A DNA stretch of 64,000 bases from the human T2T-CHM13v2.0 reference genome, Homo sapiens. This document shows positions 1 to 15,022 of this stretch, one piece after another. The stretch lies in assembly GCF_009914755.1 (NCBI RefSeq), contig NC_060926.1; one strand, 5' to 3'. The notes beneath the pieces were generated by a model. It worked only from the letters and a program-made list of their open reading frames with translations. It did not search any database and was not told the DNA's origin. The position numbers were made by a program, and so were the translations under genes. Position 1 is the stretch's first letter. Every line of letters starts with the position of its first letter.

Positions 1-85
1 TTTCAGGTTAAATTTTAAGAGCCCTGGCAGAAAAGGAAGTCCATTCAGATGGTTGGGGGCCTTAGAATTTTATTTTTGGTCTACA
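1..85 (-). mobile_element. 5' end of a MER4-family ERV1 LTR (cut by the window edge)
   Basis: Reverse complement begins TGTAGACCAAAAATAAAATTCTAAGGCCCCCAACCATCTGAATGGAC, resembling the MER4D/E start (recalled). Confidence 0.65.
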
Positions 86-546
86 GTCCAATATTATAAA
101 TATTTTATTGCTCAGCTTGTGCCAGCTTCAGCCATTTGGAAATCCTTTAGGCTACTTCGGGTTTTTGGTAAGATTTCATCTCTATCTATTTATTAAAAAT
201 AATAAGTTTATAATGGTATGTTAGCTTTCAATTAAATACCATCTGGCTAATTTTAGCCCATCCTTTTTCTTTTTTGTAGCTTCTTTCTTCAACAGTTATT
301 AGGATCTTAAGCTGAACTTACTGTTCCATTGAAACCTGCCCAATAGTCCCATAGATAGTTTTTTTGGATAAACATAAAAATTGACCCTTCTGGTCTTAGT
401 GCTTGAAATCTACATTGGTTTTATCTGAGTGCCTTCCTCAGGAAAGGACCCCAAGTTCTCTCAAAAAGTATCAAAGAACTGAAACTCACCAGATCTTTGC
501 ATTCAGACAATGAGATTTCAGGCCCCTCATTCATGATGATTGTTTC

Positions 547-1342
<796 letters not shown>

Positions 1343-1578
1343 GTTTCCTTACCCCTCAAGTTTCTGTCTTCTCACACATAGTTACATTTCTTCCCTGCTA
1401 TATGAACTCTTAATTGTATTCGGTCAGGGAGAGGGGTTTGAGACTGAGCTCTTATGTCCTCAGCTGCAGCACCAGATTAAAGCCTTCTTCTTTCTTGGCA
1501 ATACTCATCATCACAGTCATTGGCTTTCTGTTCTGCAAGCAGCAGGACCTGGACCGAACATCTGGTGTGTCGGTAACA

Positions 1579-2018
1579 CTATTATACTGTCTGTCTATTC
1601 CATGAACATGCTGTTTTAATTACAGAGGCTTTATAGTGTGTTTTAATGGCTGGTAGGGCTTAGTCATTCTTTGTAGTTTATCTTTTTCAGTAATATATTG
1701 GCAATTCTTGCATGTTTTTTCCCCTCCATATAAACTTCTGTGTCAACTTAGTTCTAACAATATAAAATAGTTTGTTTTATTTTATTGAAATTTCATAGAA
1801 TGTATAAATTAACTTGAAACTGAAATCTTCATATGTCACTTTACATATGAACCTACCTAAGATCTTTTGATTTCTTCAAATATATTTTTATGTCTTCAGG
1901 ATCTGGAATATTTTTAAATTTCTCAAAGAGAGGCTTGACATATTTTGTTGTTAACTTTATTCCTAAGTATTTAGTGTTCTTTGTTGCTATAAATAGGATT
2001 TTATGTATCACTATGTTC
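1579..2018 (-). mobile_element. Ancient L1M fragment (host of the LTR cluster)
   Basis: Degenerate antisense L1 ORF2-like sequence that continues at about 3354-3487 and 4449-5470. Confidence 0.5.
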
Positions 2019-3353
2019 TGAGGACTAAGGTCTGATTTTTTATCTTGCCCAAATTTCTATCTAAGGGGTCTGGAGAGTTGTGCCCTACTTTCTCATCAGA
2101 TGGGTTTTATTTAACCCTGTATATTGTGACTTACTTTCCAATCTGTCTCTGGCATAACAAGGAAGAAAATCGAAATGTTTCACTCCAAAATATATTTCCC
2201 TGACATACCTTGAAATTACCCGGCAAAGTCTCCTGTGACAAAAATGCACATTCTGTAGAGAATCCTCATTCTCCTTTGTTTTCCTTCCTTTCCAGATCCA
2301 AGAGATAATCAACTAAAAGCCAGGCACCCTTTTAAGTCTCATATAAAACATTTTACAATCTGCTGTCTCTGAAGTCTGCTGAGAGCTTCCTTGGCACAAT
2401 AAAACTTGGTCTCCACAGTCCTTTATCTTAACCTGAACATTTCTTTTTTATTGATCCCAGGTCTTCAGATAAACTCAACCAATTGTCAACCAGAAAATGT
2501 TTAAATTTACCTATAGCCTAGAAGACCTGGCTTTGAGTTGTCTCACCTTTCTGAACCAGACCAATGTATTTCTTAAATGTATTTGCTTGATGACTTGTGG
2601 GAAAGAGAGTTTCTGAGGTGCCAGATGAGTTGGTCTCCCCTGTGTGAGACACCCATGGGGAGCCATGGGCGGCCTCTGAGGAGAAATGTCTCCTTATTTC
2701 CTACATGTCTTTCTGCCCCGAGAGCATAACCGCTCAGCAGCATTCCACAGGTTGCTCAGGGAGATAACACTCCCTTGAAGCAGTGGAGTATAATCAAATA
2801 TCTTGGCTCCTCCTGAAACCCACTCCCATCTGTTTCAGTCCCAATAAGTTAAAGATCTTAAGTAGTTTAGACACATGCCTTTGCTCAAGGAAATTCACAG
2901 AAACCGCCACTGCTATACATCTTATTGAATGACTCAGGACTTCTCCTTCAGTGATTAATCCTTTTCCTCATCCCTTCCTACCCCTCCCATCTGCGGTAAG
3001 AACAAAGAGCTTGTAAACCAATAAATTGGGCGGAGCCCAAGAGCTCTGGGCTGTGAGCAAGCCTCCCATGCTCCAGTCCCCTGGACCCACCTTTCAAACA
3101 CTTATTCTGTCTCTAACTCCTTTGTCTCTGCCGGACTTGGGGTACCCACTGGGTGGTGTGGGGGAGGTTTCCCCAACAATGACTCATGCCTTCCTAAAAT
3201 ATATAAAACCAAGCCTGTACCCCGACCACCTTGGGCACATGTCCTCAGGACCTCCTAAGGGCTGTGTCAAGGGGCCATCACAGGCTATGGTCACTCATAT
3301 TTGGCTCAGAATAAATCTTTTCAAACTTCAGAGTTTGGCTCTTTTCGTCAACA
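2019..3353 (+). mobile_element. MER4-family solo LTR, interrupted at 2596-3178
   Basis: tgaggactaag...gtcaaca termini; perfect 4-bp TSD gttc (2015-2018, 3354-3357). Confidence 0.8.
2596..3178 (+). mobile_element. ERVK-class solo LTR (LTR14C-like)
   Basis: tgtggg...ccccaaca, 583 bp; perfect 6-bp TSD atgact (2590-2595, 3179-3184), the length typical of betaretrovirus-like integrases. Confidence 0.8.
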
Positions 3354-3487
3354 GTTCTCTGTTTTTTATTTGTATGTATGAAGGCTGTTAATTTTTGTAT
3401 GCTAATTTCATACCCTGCTTCACGGAATACTCTTATTGTTTGAGTTAGTTATATTATTGGTTTTCTAGGGTTTCCCAGGTATACTAA

Positions 3488-4448
<961 letters not shown>

Positions 4449-5470
4449 CTATCATATCCTCTGCAATTAGAAATAAGTTTGTTTCCCCTTTACCCATTCT
4501 TATGCATCTGATTGATTTCTGTTTTTGAATTGCACTGGCAAATACTTTTAGCACAATATTGAATAGTGGCAGAAATAGTGGACATTCTGGCTGTATTCCT
4601 AATTTTATCAAAAATGCCTCTAGTGTTTCCTCATAAAATAAGACAATGGCTTTAGGAAAAAGGTAAATGTATTTTTATCATGTTAAGAATGTAACTTTCA
4701 ATTCCTGTTTAATGAATGTTTTTTATTAAGAATGGGTGTTGAATTTTGTTATAGGCTTTTTCAGCATGTAGAAAAATAATCATATTTTCCCTTAGGTATA
4801 TTCATATTGTGTGTGTTGTTACTGGATTTCCTAAAACCAAAGTAACATTGAATTCCTGATATAAATCTCACTTGGTTTTCATTTCTTAATGTGGTGTCAG
4901 ATTCTGTTCCTAATATTTTCCTTTGAATTTCTCTGTCAGTATTTATTAGTGAAATTGGTCCGAAGTTTTCTTCTTTGAATTGTATTTATCCTTGCATCGC
5001 AAGAATGATTAGAAAGATTTCATTCCATTTCAATAGTCTGCAATGAACAATAAAGCATTAGGACTGTCTGGTGTTTGAAGAATTGATAGAATTACACTCT
5101 AAAATATCTGGACCTAGTTCATTTTGGGGGAAGGGTAGTTCTAAGTATCTTTACATACTCTATGAGAATTTGTACATTTAAGCTTTTTAACTCCAATAGG
5201 GTCAATTTTGGTAACCTGAATTTCCTGCAGAAATTATCAATTTTATTTAGGTTATCAAATATATTTGCATGAAAGTCTACAAATTAATCTATGATTTCTT
5301 CTTTTTAATCATTATTTCCTCTTGTTATTTTTTTACTGTGTATATTTTTGTCTCTGCTTTGTCTTCTTGATAAAGTTAGCTATTGGCTTATAGAGTATAT
5401 TTTCTTAACAGATTTATAATAATTTTCTTAACTAAACCAGGGATTGAATTTATTATATCTTTTATTTTAA
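4449..5470 (-). mobile_element. Ancient L1M ORF2 remnant
   Basis: ORF 4411-4611(-) ECPLFLPLFNIVLKVFASAI resembles L1 [22 protein letters not shown]. Confidence 0.7.
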
Positions 5471-5480
5471 ATTCTCTGCT

Positions 5481-7490
5481 GGAAACATTCCCTTTGAAAA
5501 TCGGCAGAAGACTAGGATGCCCTCTCTCACCACTCCTATTCAACATAGTATTGGAAATTCTGGCCCGGGCAATCAGGCAAGAGAAAGAAAGAAAGGGTAT
5601 TCAAAAAAGAAGAGAGGAAGTCAAATTGTCTCTGTTTGCAGATGACATGATTGTATATTTAGAACATTCCATCGTCTCAGCCCCAAAACTCCTTAAGCTG
5701 ATAAGCAACTTCAGCAAAGTCTCAGGATACAAAAACAATGTGCAAGGGATGTGAAGGACCTCTTCAAGGGGAACTACAAATCACTGCTTATGGAAATAAG
5801 AGAGGACACAAACAAATGGAAAAACATCCCATGCTCATGGATAGGAAAAATCAATATAGTGAAAATGGCCATACTGCCCAAAGTAGTTTATAGATTCCAT
5901 ACTACTTCCATTAAACTACCATTGACTTTCTTCACAGAAATAGAGAAAACTACTTTAAATTTCATGTGGAACCAAAAAAGAGCCCATAGAGCCAAGACAA
6001 TCCTAAGCAAAAAGAACAAAGCTGGAACCATCACACTACCTGACTTCAAACTATACTACAAGGCTACAGTAACCAAAACAGCACGGTACTTGTACCAAAA
6101 CAGATATATAGACCAATGGAACAGAACAGAGGCCTCATAAATAATGCCACAAATCCACAACCATCTAATATTTGACAAATCTGACAAAAACAAGCAATGG
6201 GGAAAGGATTCCCTATTTCATAAATGGTGTTGGGAAAACTGGTTAGCCATATGCAGAAAACTGAAACTGGACCCCTTTCCTTACATCTTATACAAAAAAC
6301 TGAAACTGGACCCCTTCCTTACACCTTATACAAAAATTAACTCAAGATGGATTAAAGGCTTAAATGTAAGACCTAATACCAAAAAAGCCCTAGAAGAAAA
6401 CCTAGGCAATACCATTCAGGACATAGGCATAGGCAAAGACTTTATGACTAAAACACCAAAAGCAATGCCAACAAAAGCCAAAATTGACAAATGGGATCTA
6501 ATTAAACTAAAGAGCTTCTGCACAGCAAAAGAAACGATCATCAGAGTGAACAGGCAACCTACAGAATGGGGGAAGATTTTTGCTATCTATCCATCTGACA
6601 AGGGCTAATATCCAGAATCTACAAGGAACTTACATAAATTTACAAGAAAAAAAAACCTCATCAAAAAGTAGGCAAAGGATATGAATAGACGCTTCTTAAA
6701 AGAAGACATTTATGCATCCAACAAACATATGAAAACGAGCTCATCATCACTGGTCATTAGAGAAATGCATATCAAAATCACAATGAGATACCATCTCACT
6801 CCAGTTAGAATGGTGATCATTAAAAAGTCAGGAAACAACAGATGCTGGAGAGGATATGGAGAAATCAGAATGCTTTTACACTGTTGGTGGGAGTGTAAAT
6901 TAATTCAACCATCGTGGAAGACAGTGTGGTGATTCTTCAAGGATCTAGAACCAGAAATACCATTTGACCCAGCAATCCCATTACGGGTTATACACCCAAA
7001 GGATTATAAATCATCCTAGTATAAAGACACATGCACACATATGTTTATTGCAGCACTATTCACAATAGCAAAGACTTGGAACCAACTCAAATGCCCATCA
7101 ATGATAGACTGGATAAAGAAAATGTGGCACATATACAACATGGAATACTACATAGCCATAAAAAAGGATAAGTTCATGTCCTTTGCAGGGACATGGATGA
7201 AGCTGGAAACCATCATTTTCAGCAAACTAACAGAGGAACAGAAAACCAAACACTGCATATTCTCACTCATAAGTGGAAGGTGAATAATGAGAACACATGG
7301 ACGCAGGGAGGGGAACATCACACACCAGGGCCTGTCAGGGGATGGGGAGCTAGGAAGAAATACTAAATGTAGATGACAAATTGATGGGTGCAGCAAACCA
7401 CCATGGCACGTGTATACCTATGTAACAAACCTGCACGTTTTGCACATGTATCCCAGAACTTAAAGTAAAATAAAAATAAATAAATAAATA
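5481..7490 (+). mobile_element. 5'-truncated L1PA7/8-like LINE-1 (disrupted ORF2 3' half plus 3' UTR)
   Basis: ORF fragments with the RT FADD motif and the C-terminal region; 3' UTR; (TAAA)n tail; TSD aaattctctgc/aaattatctgc. Confidence 0.93.
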
Positions 7491-7943
7491 AAATTATCTG
7501 CCTTTTTAATATCTGCTTCTTTATTATTTCTTTTTTGTGCTCTCTTTGACTTAATTTGTTGTTATATTCTGATGTTCAGAACTGAGAATATAATTATTTT
7601 AATTTTATTATTTTTATCAATATAAATGTTTAGTTCAATAAATTTTCTTATCACAAATGCTTTACATGCATTTTATAGATTCAGTTATGTAATATTTTTC
7701 TTTTCTTATTTTTATGTGTATAATTTCAGTTTGTATTCCCTTTTTCAAGTAGAAGTTGATTTAAGGAAGTTTGGAATTTATTTTCTTATTTCAAAATGAA
7801 TAGACCTTTTTGTTTTATTGTTGTTGCTATTATTATTTAATTCTAGTTTTTGCATTGTTACCAGAAATTGTTGTTGTAAATACTTATTTTTAACTTATGA
7901 AACTTTTTTTTGTAATCTAATATATGAACAATAACAAATTTTT

Positions 7944-8256
7944 GACCACACACTGGGACTCATGCCTGTAATCTCAGCACTTTGGGGAGCTGAAGCAGGA
8001 GTATCTCTTGAGGCCAGAAGTTCCAGAGCAGCCTGGGCAACACAGCAAGACTCCATCTCTATAAAATATGTTTCACAAAATAGGCAGGCATGGTAGTGTA
8101 CACATGTAGTCCCAGCTACTTGGGATCCTGAAGAGGGAGGATAGCTTAAGAACAGGAATTCACAGTTCGTGAGCTATGATTGTGCCAATGCACTCCAGCC
8201 TGGATGACAGAGTGACACTCTGTCTCTAAGAAAATTTTAAAAATAAAAATAAAAAA
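7944..8256 (+). mobile_element. AluJ (diverged)
   Basis: Dimeric Alu with J-type features and an A-rich tail. Confidence 0.85.
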
Positions 8257-8448
8257 TTGGTTGACATTTTCTTCAGTGACTTAAAAAAAATGCTACCTTG
8301 CTTGGGTTTTTTGAAAAGCATGCTAGTGTAAATTTTTTTTGCCATTGTTAGTTATTTGATCTTCTTGCCTCAAGTTCTTAGGATCTTATTCTCACCTTTG
8401 AAATCTAATAGTTTTACTATGATATTTTTTGGAGTTTATCACTCTTTG

Positions 8449-8995
8449 TGTCAACGTAAAATAATGAAAAGAGTCAGAATCTAATTTTTAAAGTTCATTC
8501 ATGTGCAAATTGCAAAGATGGACCACCCAGAAATGTCAGATTTAAAGGAATGGAGTCAGAGTTCCAGTTAAGATTTCATTTACATAGGCAGAGATAAGGA
8601 ATTTTTCACAGGATTGCAGTATTATTCATACAAGGTTAACACAGAGTTACAGCAACTTGATTGGTTACAGGCAGTATTTCTTTCTGGAAATGGTACATTT
8701 AACAATTTTTCTTAGTCATAGGTTTTCTGTCATCTGATCTAAGCAAAGCAGGACAACAAAGGGGAATTAACATACATAAAAAGGGCCATTAATTAAAAAG
8801 GCAGGTTGTTGTCCCTGACATTATTTGCTTCTCTCTAGTAATTGCCCAGAACAAGACAAATGAGAAAGTTAGTTAATCTATAATCTGAACACAGAAGTTG
8901 TAACCAAACATGACTGAGATTACAGTTACTACTCTCTCAAGGCTTAAAGTGTTTTAGGGGCCTACAACAACTTTTAAATTGTATTTATTCTCACA
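8449..8995 (-). mobile_element. ERV1 (MER4-group) solo LTR
   Basis: tgtcaac...ctcaca termini; reverse complement starts TGTGAGAATAAATACAATTTAAAAG. Confidence 0.55.
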
Positions 8996-9380
8996 CTAGT
9001 AATTTTTCCAAATATCCGTTGAGCGCTTTCAATTTGTACATATTAATATTTTTCTATTTCTGGTATATATTCTTAGGATATAGCTTTTAATATTAGCTCT
9101 GTTCCATTGTTATCTTTTTCTTTGTCAAAAATTCCTGTAAGACAGATATTATCTCTTCTTTGACTTATTTTTCACTATTTTCTCTGCTGGTCCTTTTTTC
9201 TTCTTTCTTTGTGGCATCTTTTATTCTAGGTTTGCTTAATTGTCTTCCATGCCCATTATTAAGTTTTAATTTAGTTAGATTCTCCCCTGGGAAGCTCGTA
9301 AGTTATTCTTTCAATTCTGAGATTATTTTGTCTTTTTTCATTGGTTTTATTCCTGAGTTCAGCTCTTTTATATTTTTCCT

Positions 9381-9382
<2 letters not shown>

Positions 9383-9422
<40 letters not shown>
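9383..9422. repeat. (TG)n microsatellite
   Basis: About 20 perfect TG units. Confidence 0.98.
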
Positions 9423-9425
<3 letters not shown>

Positions 9426-10218
9426 GAATTTCTGTTTGAAAGTCATTTTCCATATTCTAATATATTTTTGAGTATATTTAATTGTTTAAAATGTAGATTA
9501 CAGTTTTCTTCTGTTTTGTGATTATTTTTTCTTATTTTAACTTATTTTTCCTGCTTTTCTGCAATACTTCTCTGCAGGACTTGACTTTGGTTTTGTTAAT
9601 TTTTAATATAATGAAGTGTTTTAGATAATTGCTGACACTCTTCTGTCAGTCTAGCAAAGTCCATGTATTTTAGTAGGGTTTATTTGCTTTTTTGTATAGT
9701 AAGGAGGAAGCTGTGGATCCTCTAACTCTGTGGTCTTGTCTTCCAGTGGCCTAAATCTCCCTATTCTTTTCTTCATCACCCACTGGCCAATGACATTTCT
9801 TCCTTCCTCTTGGTTTTTGATCACCTCCAGACTATATGGATTGAGGCTGTCCCCCTAAATTGTGCTTGTCCTTTTAAATCAGCTTTGTTGTGATTAAATC
9901 TAACATACCCGGTTACTGTTTTTAGGATTTTCTTATTTAGGGTGCGGTTAATCTATCTTTCTGGTGGGTGCTGCACCTCACAATCAGGCCTCTTCCCTAA
10001 TGTTCCAATTTTCTGTCCTCAGCTTTTCTTGTTCTGAGACTAAGCTTTTTGGCTAGTAAGAGCAGTTGAGAGCACCTGAGAATTTGGCACTTGTATTTAT
10101 TGTTTCTTTTTTCTTTTTCTTCATAATTGTTGTTTTTTTAGTTTTGACATGCTTTGTTTTCAGATAATGCCAGGGGCGTGGTATCTCATGAAATTTTGCC
10201 ATGTTTTTTATCTCATAT

Positions 10219-10814
10219 TGTGTCCAGAATTGGTTCCTTCCAGTGGGTTCTTGGTCTCGCTGACTTCAAGAATGAAGCCGCGGACCCTGGCGGTATGTTA
10301 CAGTTCTTAAAGATGGTGTGTCCGGGGCTTGCTCCTTCAGATGTTCAGATGTGTCCAGAGTTTCTTCCTTCTGGGGGGTTCATGGTCTTGCTGACTTCAG
10401 GAGTGAAGCCGCAGACCTTTGCAGTGAGTGTTACAGCTCTTAAAGGTGGCGCGTCCGGAGTTGTTTGTTCCTCCCGATGGGTTAGCGGTCTCGCTGACTT
10501 CAAGAATGAAGCTGCAGACCCTCGCAGTGAGTGTTACAGCTCATAAAGGTAGTGCAGACCCAAAGAGTGAGCAGCAGCAAGATTCATTATGAAGAGTGAA
10601 AGAACAAAGCTTCCACAGTCTAGAAGGGGACCCCAGCAGGTTGCCCCTGCTGGCTCCAGTGGCCAGCTTTTATTCCCTTATTTGGCCCCACCCAGGTCCT
10701 GCTGATTGGTCCATTTTACAGAGTGCTGATTGGTGTGTTTACAATCCTTTAGCTAGACAGAAAATTTCACCAAGTCCCCACCTGACCCAGAAGCCCAGCG
10801 GGCTTCACCTCTCA
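10219..10814 (-). mobile_element. LTR12 (ERV9) solo LTR
   Basis: Typical gctgacttcaagaatgaagcc repeats and ctgattgg (CCAAT) boxes; perfect 4-bp TSD atat (10215-10218, 10815-10818). Confidence 0.92.
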
Positions 10815-10953
10815 ATATTAGGGAGGGTTTTTTTTTTTTTCTGGCTTATATTCTCCTAAAATCACTCAAACAATTAAATGGTTAATTGTTCTTCACTCAA
10901 CAACTTTTACTAGTATGTCAGAGTTCAAATAATAATAGAGAATTAAAATATTT

Positions 10954-11257
10954 GGATAAGCATGGTGGCTCACGATTGTAATCCCAGCATTTTGAGAGGC
11001 CAAAGTGGGTGGATCACAAGGTCAAGAGTTCAAGACCAGCCTGTTCAAGATGGTGAAACCCCGTCTCTACTAAAAAATACAAAAATTAGCTGGGCGTGGT
11101 GGTGGGCACATGTAATCCCAGCTACTTGGGAGACTGAGGCAGAGAATTGCTTGAACCCAGGAGGCAGAGTTTGCAGTGAGCCGAGATCACGCCATTGCAC
11201 TCCAGCCTGGGCGACAGAGCAAGACTGTGTCTCAAAAAAAAAAAAAAAAAAAAAAAA
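10954..11257 (+). mobile_element. AluS
   Basis: Dimeric Alu with poly-A tail. Confidence 0.95.
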
Positions 11258-13186
11258 GTTTCTCTGAAATTTCAGTACTGGGCAGTACAAAGCTATTTCT
11301 CTTGCATATAAAAGCAAACCATCTCAAAATGCTGTTTACTTATATATTCAAGTGAAGATAGAATGAAATTCTTTAGAAAGTCTCTCAGTCACAGGCTGAC
11401 ACTGTTCTTCCTTTTTTTAATCCCTCAAAGGTGATATAAACAAAGGTGCCAAAATTATTTTAAAGATTGTAATTTAGTGCTATGAAATAATAAAGCATTT
11501 TATAGACACGTTGCACTTCTTGTCAAGAAGATATTTAAGGGGAACTAATAGATTATGCAGTTTTTCTTTAAAGCGTTTCCCAGGAAACAAATCATCAGGT
11601 AAATTTCCAAACTAACACTTTATTAGAAGGTACAATCCTGGGTAGACAGGCTGAGGGAAAAACAAAAGTAGTGGAAGCTTGGGGAAAGTGAAGAAGGAAA
11701 ACACACAGAAGGAGAGGCATTACAGATGCATCTTCTTTTTCAGATGAATGGCATGGTCTGCTCACTAGTAACACTCTCATTTTCATGCTGAGTCACATCA
11801 GCAAAGGTCATTATGACCTTGGGAACGACCTCTAACCCAGAACCAAAGCAAGTAGCATAGACCAGAGGTCAGGTAAGGCTGAGTTCATCTGGGGTAATGT
11901 AAAATGGAGATCTGTTTATAGAGCCAAATGAAAGACCTATATATGCCAATATTTATATGTCAACCTGTAATTTAATAAAAGATGCAATATATAGAAGTGG
12001 CTCTTTTAACATTCTGTTGCTTTGGACTTTGTTATGTGTAATTGATTTTGTTTTTCAGTTCTGTGTAAAATGCAACTCTTCCTTAATCAGGCATGAGAAA
12101 ATGCAATGAAACAATAATTGCATGTCTTTCCCAGTAATATTCTAGTTAGAAAACATAGACAATAAAATATTGCTATTTTGTTTTTATATACCAAGGTTTT
12201 TTAAAAAAATATTTTATTACAATTTAGCATATATGTTACTTATTTTATTTCAAGGCATATGAAAGTAATAACCTTATTTTTGTTTTAATGATAATTTTCT
12301 TTTGAAAGACTGAACAAGATGCTGAGCAGATTATTATTTTCTTCTGAGGAGCTACTGAGAAACTTCACTTAGCATCTTCTTCAATAGGAAACATATTAAC
12401 TTGATGCACACAATAATTTTGGAGCTGTTTTATTCTCTCTTATATTTTTATATTCATTTATAGACTTTGTATAGACTGACCTTTTCCCCTACATAACATA
12501 GAGTGCTATCAAGTTAAAACTGAGCACTAGTGTAATAAAATGAATTCTAATATCATACTTTATTATCTGTATGATTCCATTCACATGGTACTCCAGATGT
12601 AGTGGAAACTGAAAGTATTCTTTTCCACAAGCCCTCAATATTATGACTGAAAAATATTTTAGTCTTAAGTGGCACTGATCAGTGAAGAAATCAAGATGGT
12701 ATTATTATTTATTCAGAAGGTGAAGTAGAGCCAAACTCCTTGTAAATAGGTTTATACTAAAAATTAGAGCAAAACATTTAAAGTGAATATGCTTCAACTG
12801 AAATAATCACAGTATAATTCTCAGTACCATAGAAACCAATAAACTTAGAAGAAAATGAAGCTCAGGAGACTTCTAAAAAATAGAAATAGGAAAGAAAGTC
12901 TAAGGCTACGTAGTCTAAGAAATCTGAATGGAATATATAGTAATAACGGTCATGAGAATAATTATTAGAACTAACTTTATGTTTATTTTTTCCAACATGA
13001 GCATATACTTTGCAAAATAAAGAGCAAAGTAAGTACTGATAGTCTGTATGAATTTTCACAAAAAAGTAAAAAAATTAGGTTACCTATCCAAGTTCCCTGT
13101 TCCTCCTCTCTCTTTCAGTAGAAGTGGCAAAAGAAATATAAAAGTGGTTACAATCTACATCTGTACGTTAAAGATACAGCCAGCAT

Positions 13187-13699
13187 CTTCCTTCCTTCTT
13201 TCCTTCCTTCCTTCTTTCCTCCCTCCCTTCCCCCTTCCTTTCTTTCCTTTCTTTCTCTTTCTTTCTTCCTTTCTTTCCTTTCTTTTCTTTCCTTCTTTCT
13301 GTCTTTCTTTTCTTTCCTCTCTCCCTTCTTTCCTTCCTTCCTCCCCTCCCTCCCTCCTTTTCTTTTCTTTCCTTTCCTTTTCTTTTGTTTTCTTTTCTCT
13401 TTCTTCCTTTCTTTTCTTTACTTTCCTTCTTTCTTTCTTTTCTTTCCTCCCTCCCTTCTGTCCTTCCTTCCTTCCTTCCTCCCCTCCCTCCCTCCTTTTC
13501 TTTCCTTTTCTTTTCTTTCTTTCTTTTTTCCTTCCTTCCTTCCCTCCCTCTCCTCTCCTCTCCTCTTTCTTTCTTTTTCTTTCTTTCTGTCTTTCTTTCT
13601 TTCCTTCTGTGCCTGCCTGCCTTTTCTTTTCTTTTTTCTTTTCTTTTCTTTTCTTGCCTTGCCTTGCCTTGCCTTTTCCTTTCTTTTCTTTTTTCTTTC

Positions 13700-13700
<1 letters not shown>
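13187..13700. repeat. Polypyrimidine (CTTT/CCTT/CCCT) tract, expanded tail of the adjacent Alu
   Basis: About 510 bp almost purely C/T on the + strand. Confidence 0.95.
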
Positions 13701-13979
<279 letters not shown>

Positions 13980-14463
13980 AGCCAAGCTTCTTCATGGTAA
14001 TGTCCTACCATTTTCAGATTTCTTTCATGTCATCTGTAACAGCTAAAATTCTAAGAGATTGCTATCTTTGCTGCTAAATTTAGTTTGTATGCCTCTTGTC
14101 AACAAAGTAAATGCATAGTGTGCTCACACAAATTTACTCCAGAAAAATTAGTCTTATAAGGCCTGGACAAAAATTCTTTAATTGTGTTCTGCAAGGTTGT
14201 TCTCATTAGCTTAATGTCTTGTGTTAGAATAAAATTTTACTACCCAATGTAGGCATTGTAGAATTTTCAGCAGAAATACCTGTTTTGAGTGCACTCTCTT
14301 TTTTTAATCTTCTAGTTCCCAGGATTGGTGTTATGAATTTAAGATTTGAAGGCTACACTTTACATTTAAATCTCTGAATTATGGAAGTAACATATTCTCT
14401 AATGACAACTTATGAAGAATGAGTCTTAGTAACATCTTTTCTGCCTATTTGTGCCTTCAACAG

Positions 14464-15022
14464 TGTGATGGTTAATATTGAGTGTCAACTTGATTGGATT
14501 GAAGGATTCATAGTTTTGTTCCTGGGTGTGTCTGTGAGGGTGTTGCCAAAGAAGATTAACTTTGAGTCAGTGGACTGGGAGAGGCAGACCCACCTTCACT
14601 CTGGGTGGGCACCATCTAACCAGGTGCCAGTGCTGCTAGGAGAAAGCAGGTGGAAGAATACGAAAGGACTAGACTTGCTGAGTCTTCCGGCCTTCATCTT
14701 TCTCCCATGCTGGATGCTTCCTGCCCTCAAATATCAGACTTCAAATTCTTCAGCTCTGGGACTCCTGGACTTACACTACTGGTTTGCCAGGGACTCTCGG
14801 GCCTTTGGCCGTAAACTAAAGGCTACACTGTTGACTTCTCCACTTTTGAGGTTTTGGGACTCAGACAGATCCACCACTGGCTTCCTTGCTCCTCAGCTTG
14901 CAGACGGCCTATTGTGGGACTTTACCTTATGACTGTGTGAGTCAATTCTCCTTAATAAACTCCCTTTCATATATACATATATCCTACTAGCTCCGTACCT
15001 CTAGAGAACCCTGACTAATACA
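14464..15022 (+). mobile_element. MLT2A (HERV-L) solo LTR
   Basis: tgtgatggttaatattgagtgtcaac...ctgactaataca; perfect 5-bp TSD aacag (14459-14463, 15023-15027). Confidence 0.92.

Noticed and set aside
10154-10859. ORFs with a repeated GLADFKNEAADP peptide
   Set aside because: Translation of the internal repeats of LTR12
14465-14932. 155-aa ORF
   Set aside because: Lies wholly within the MLT2A LTR; no evidence of coding function
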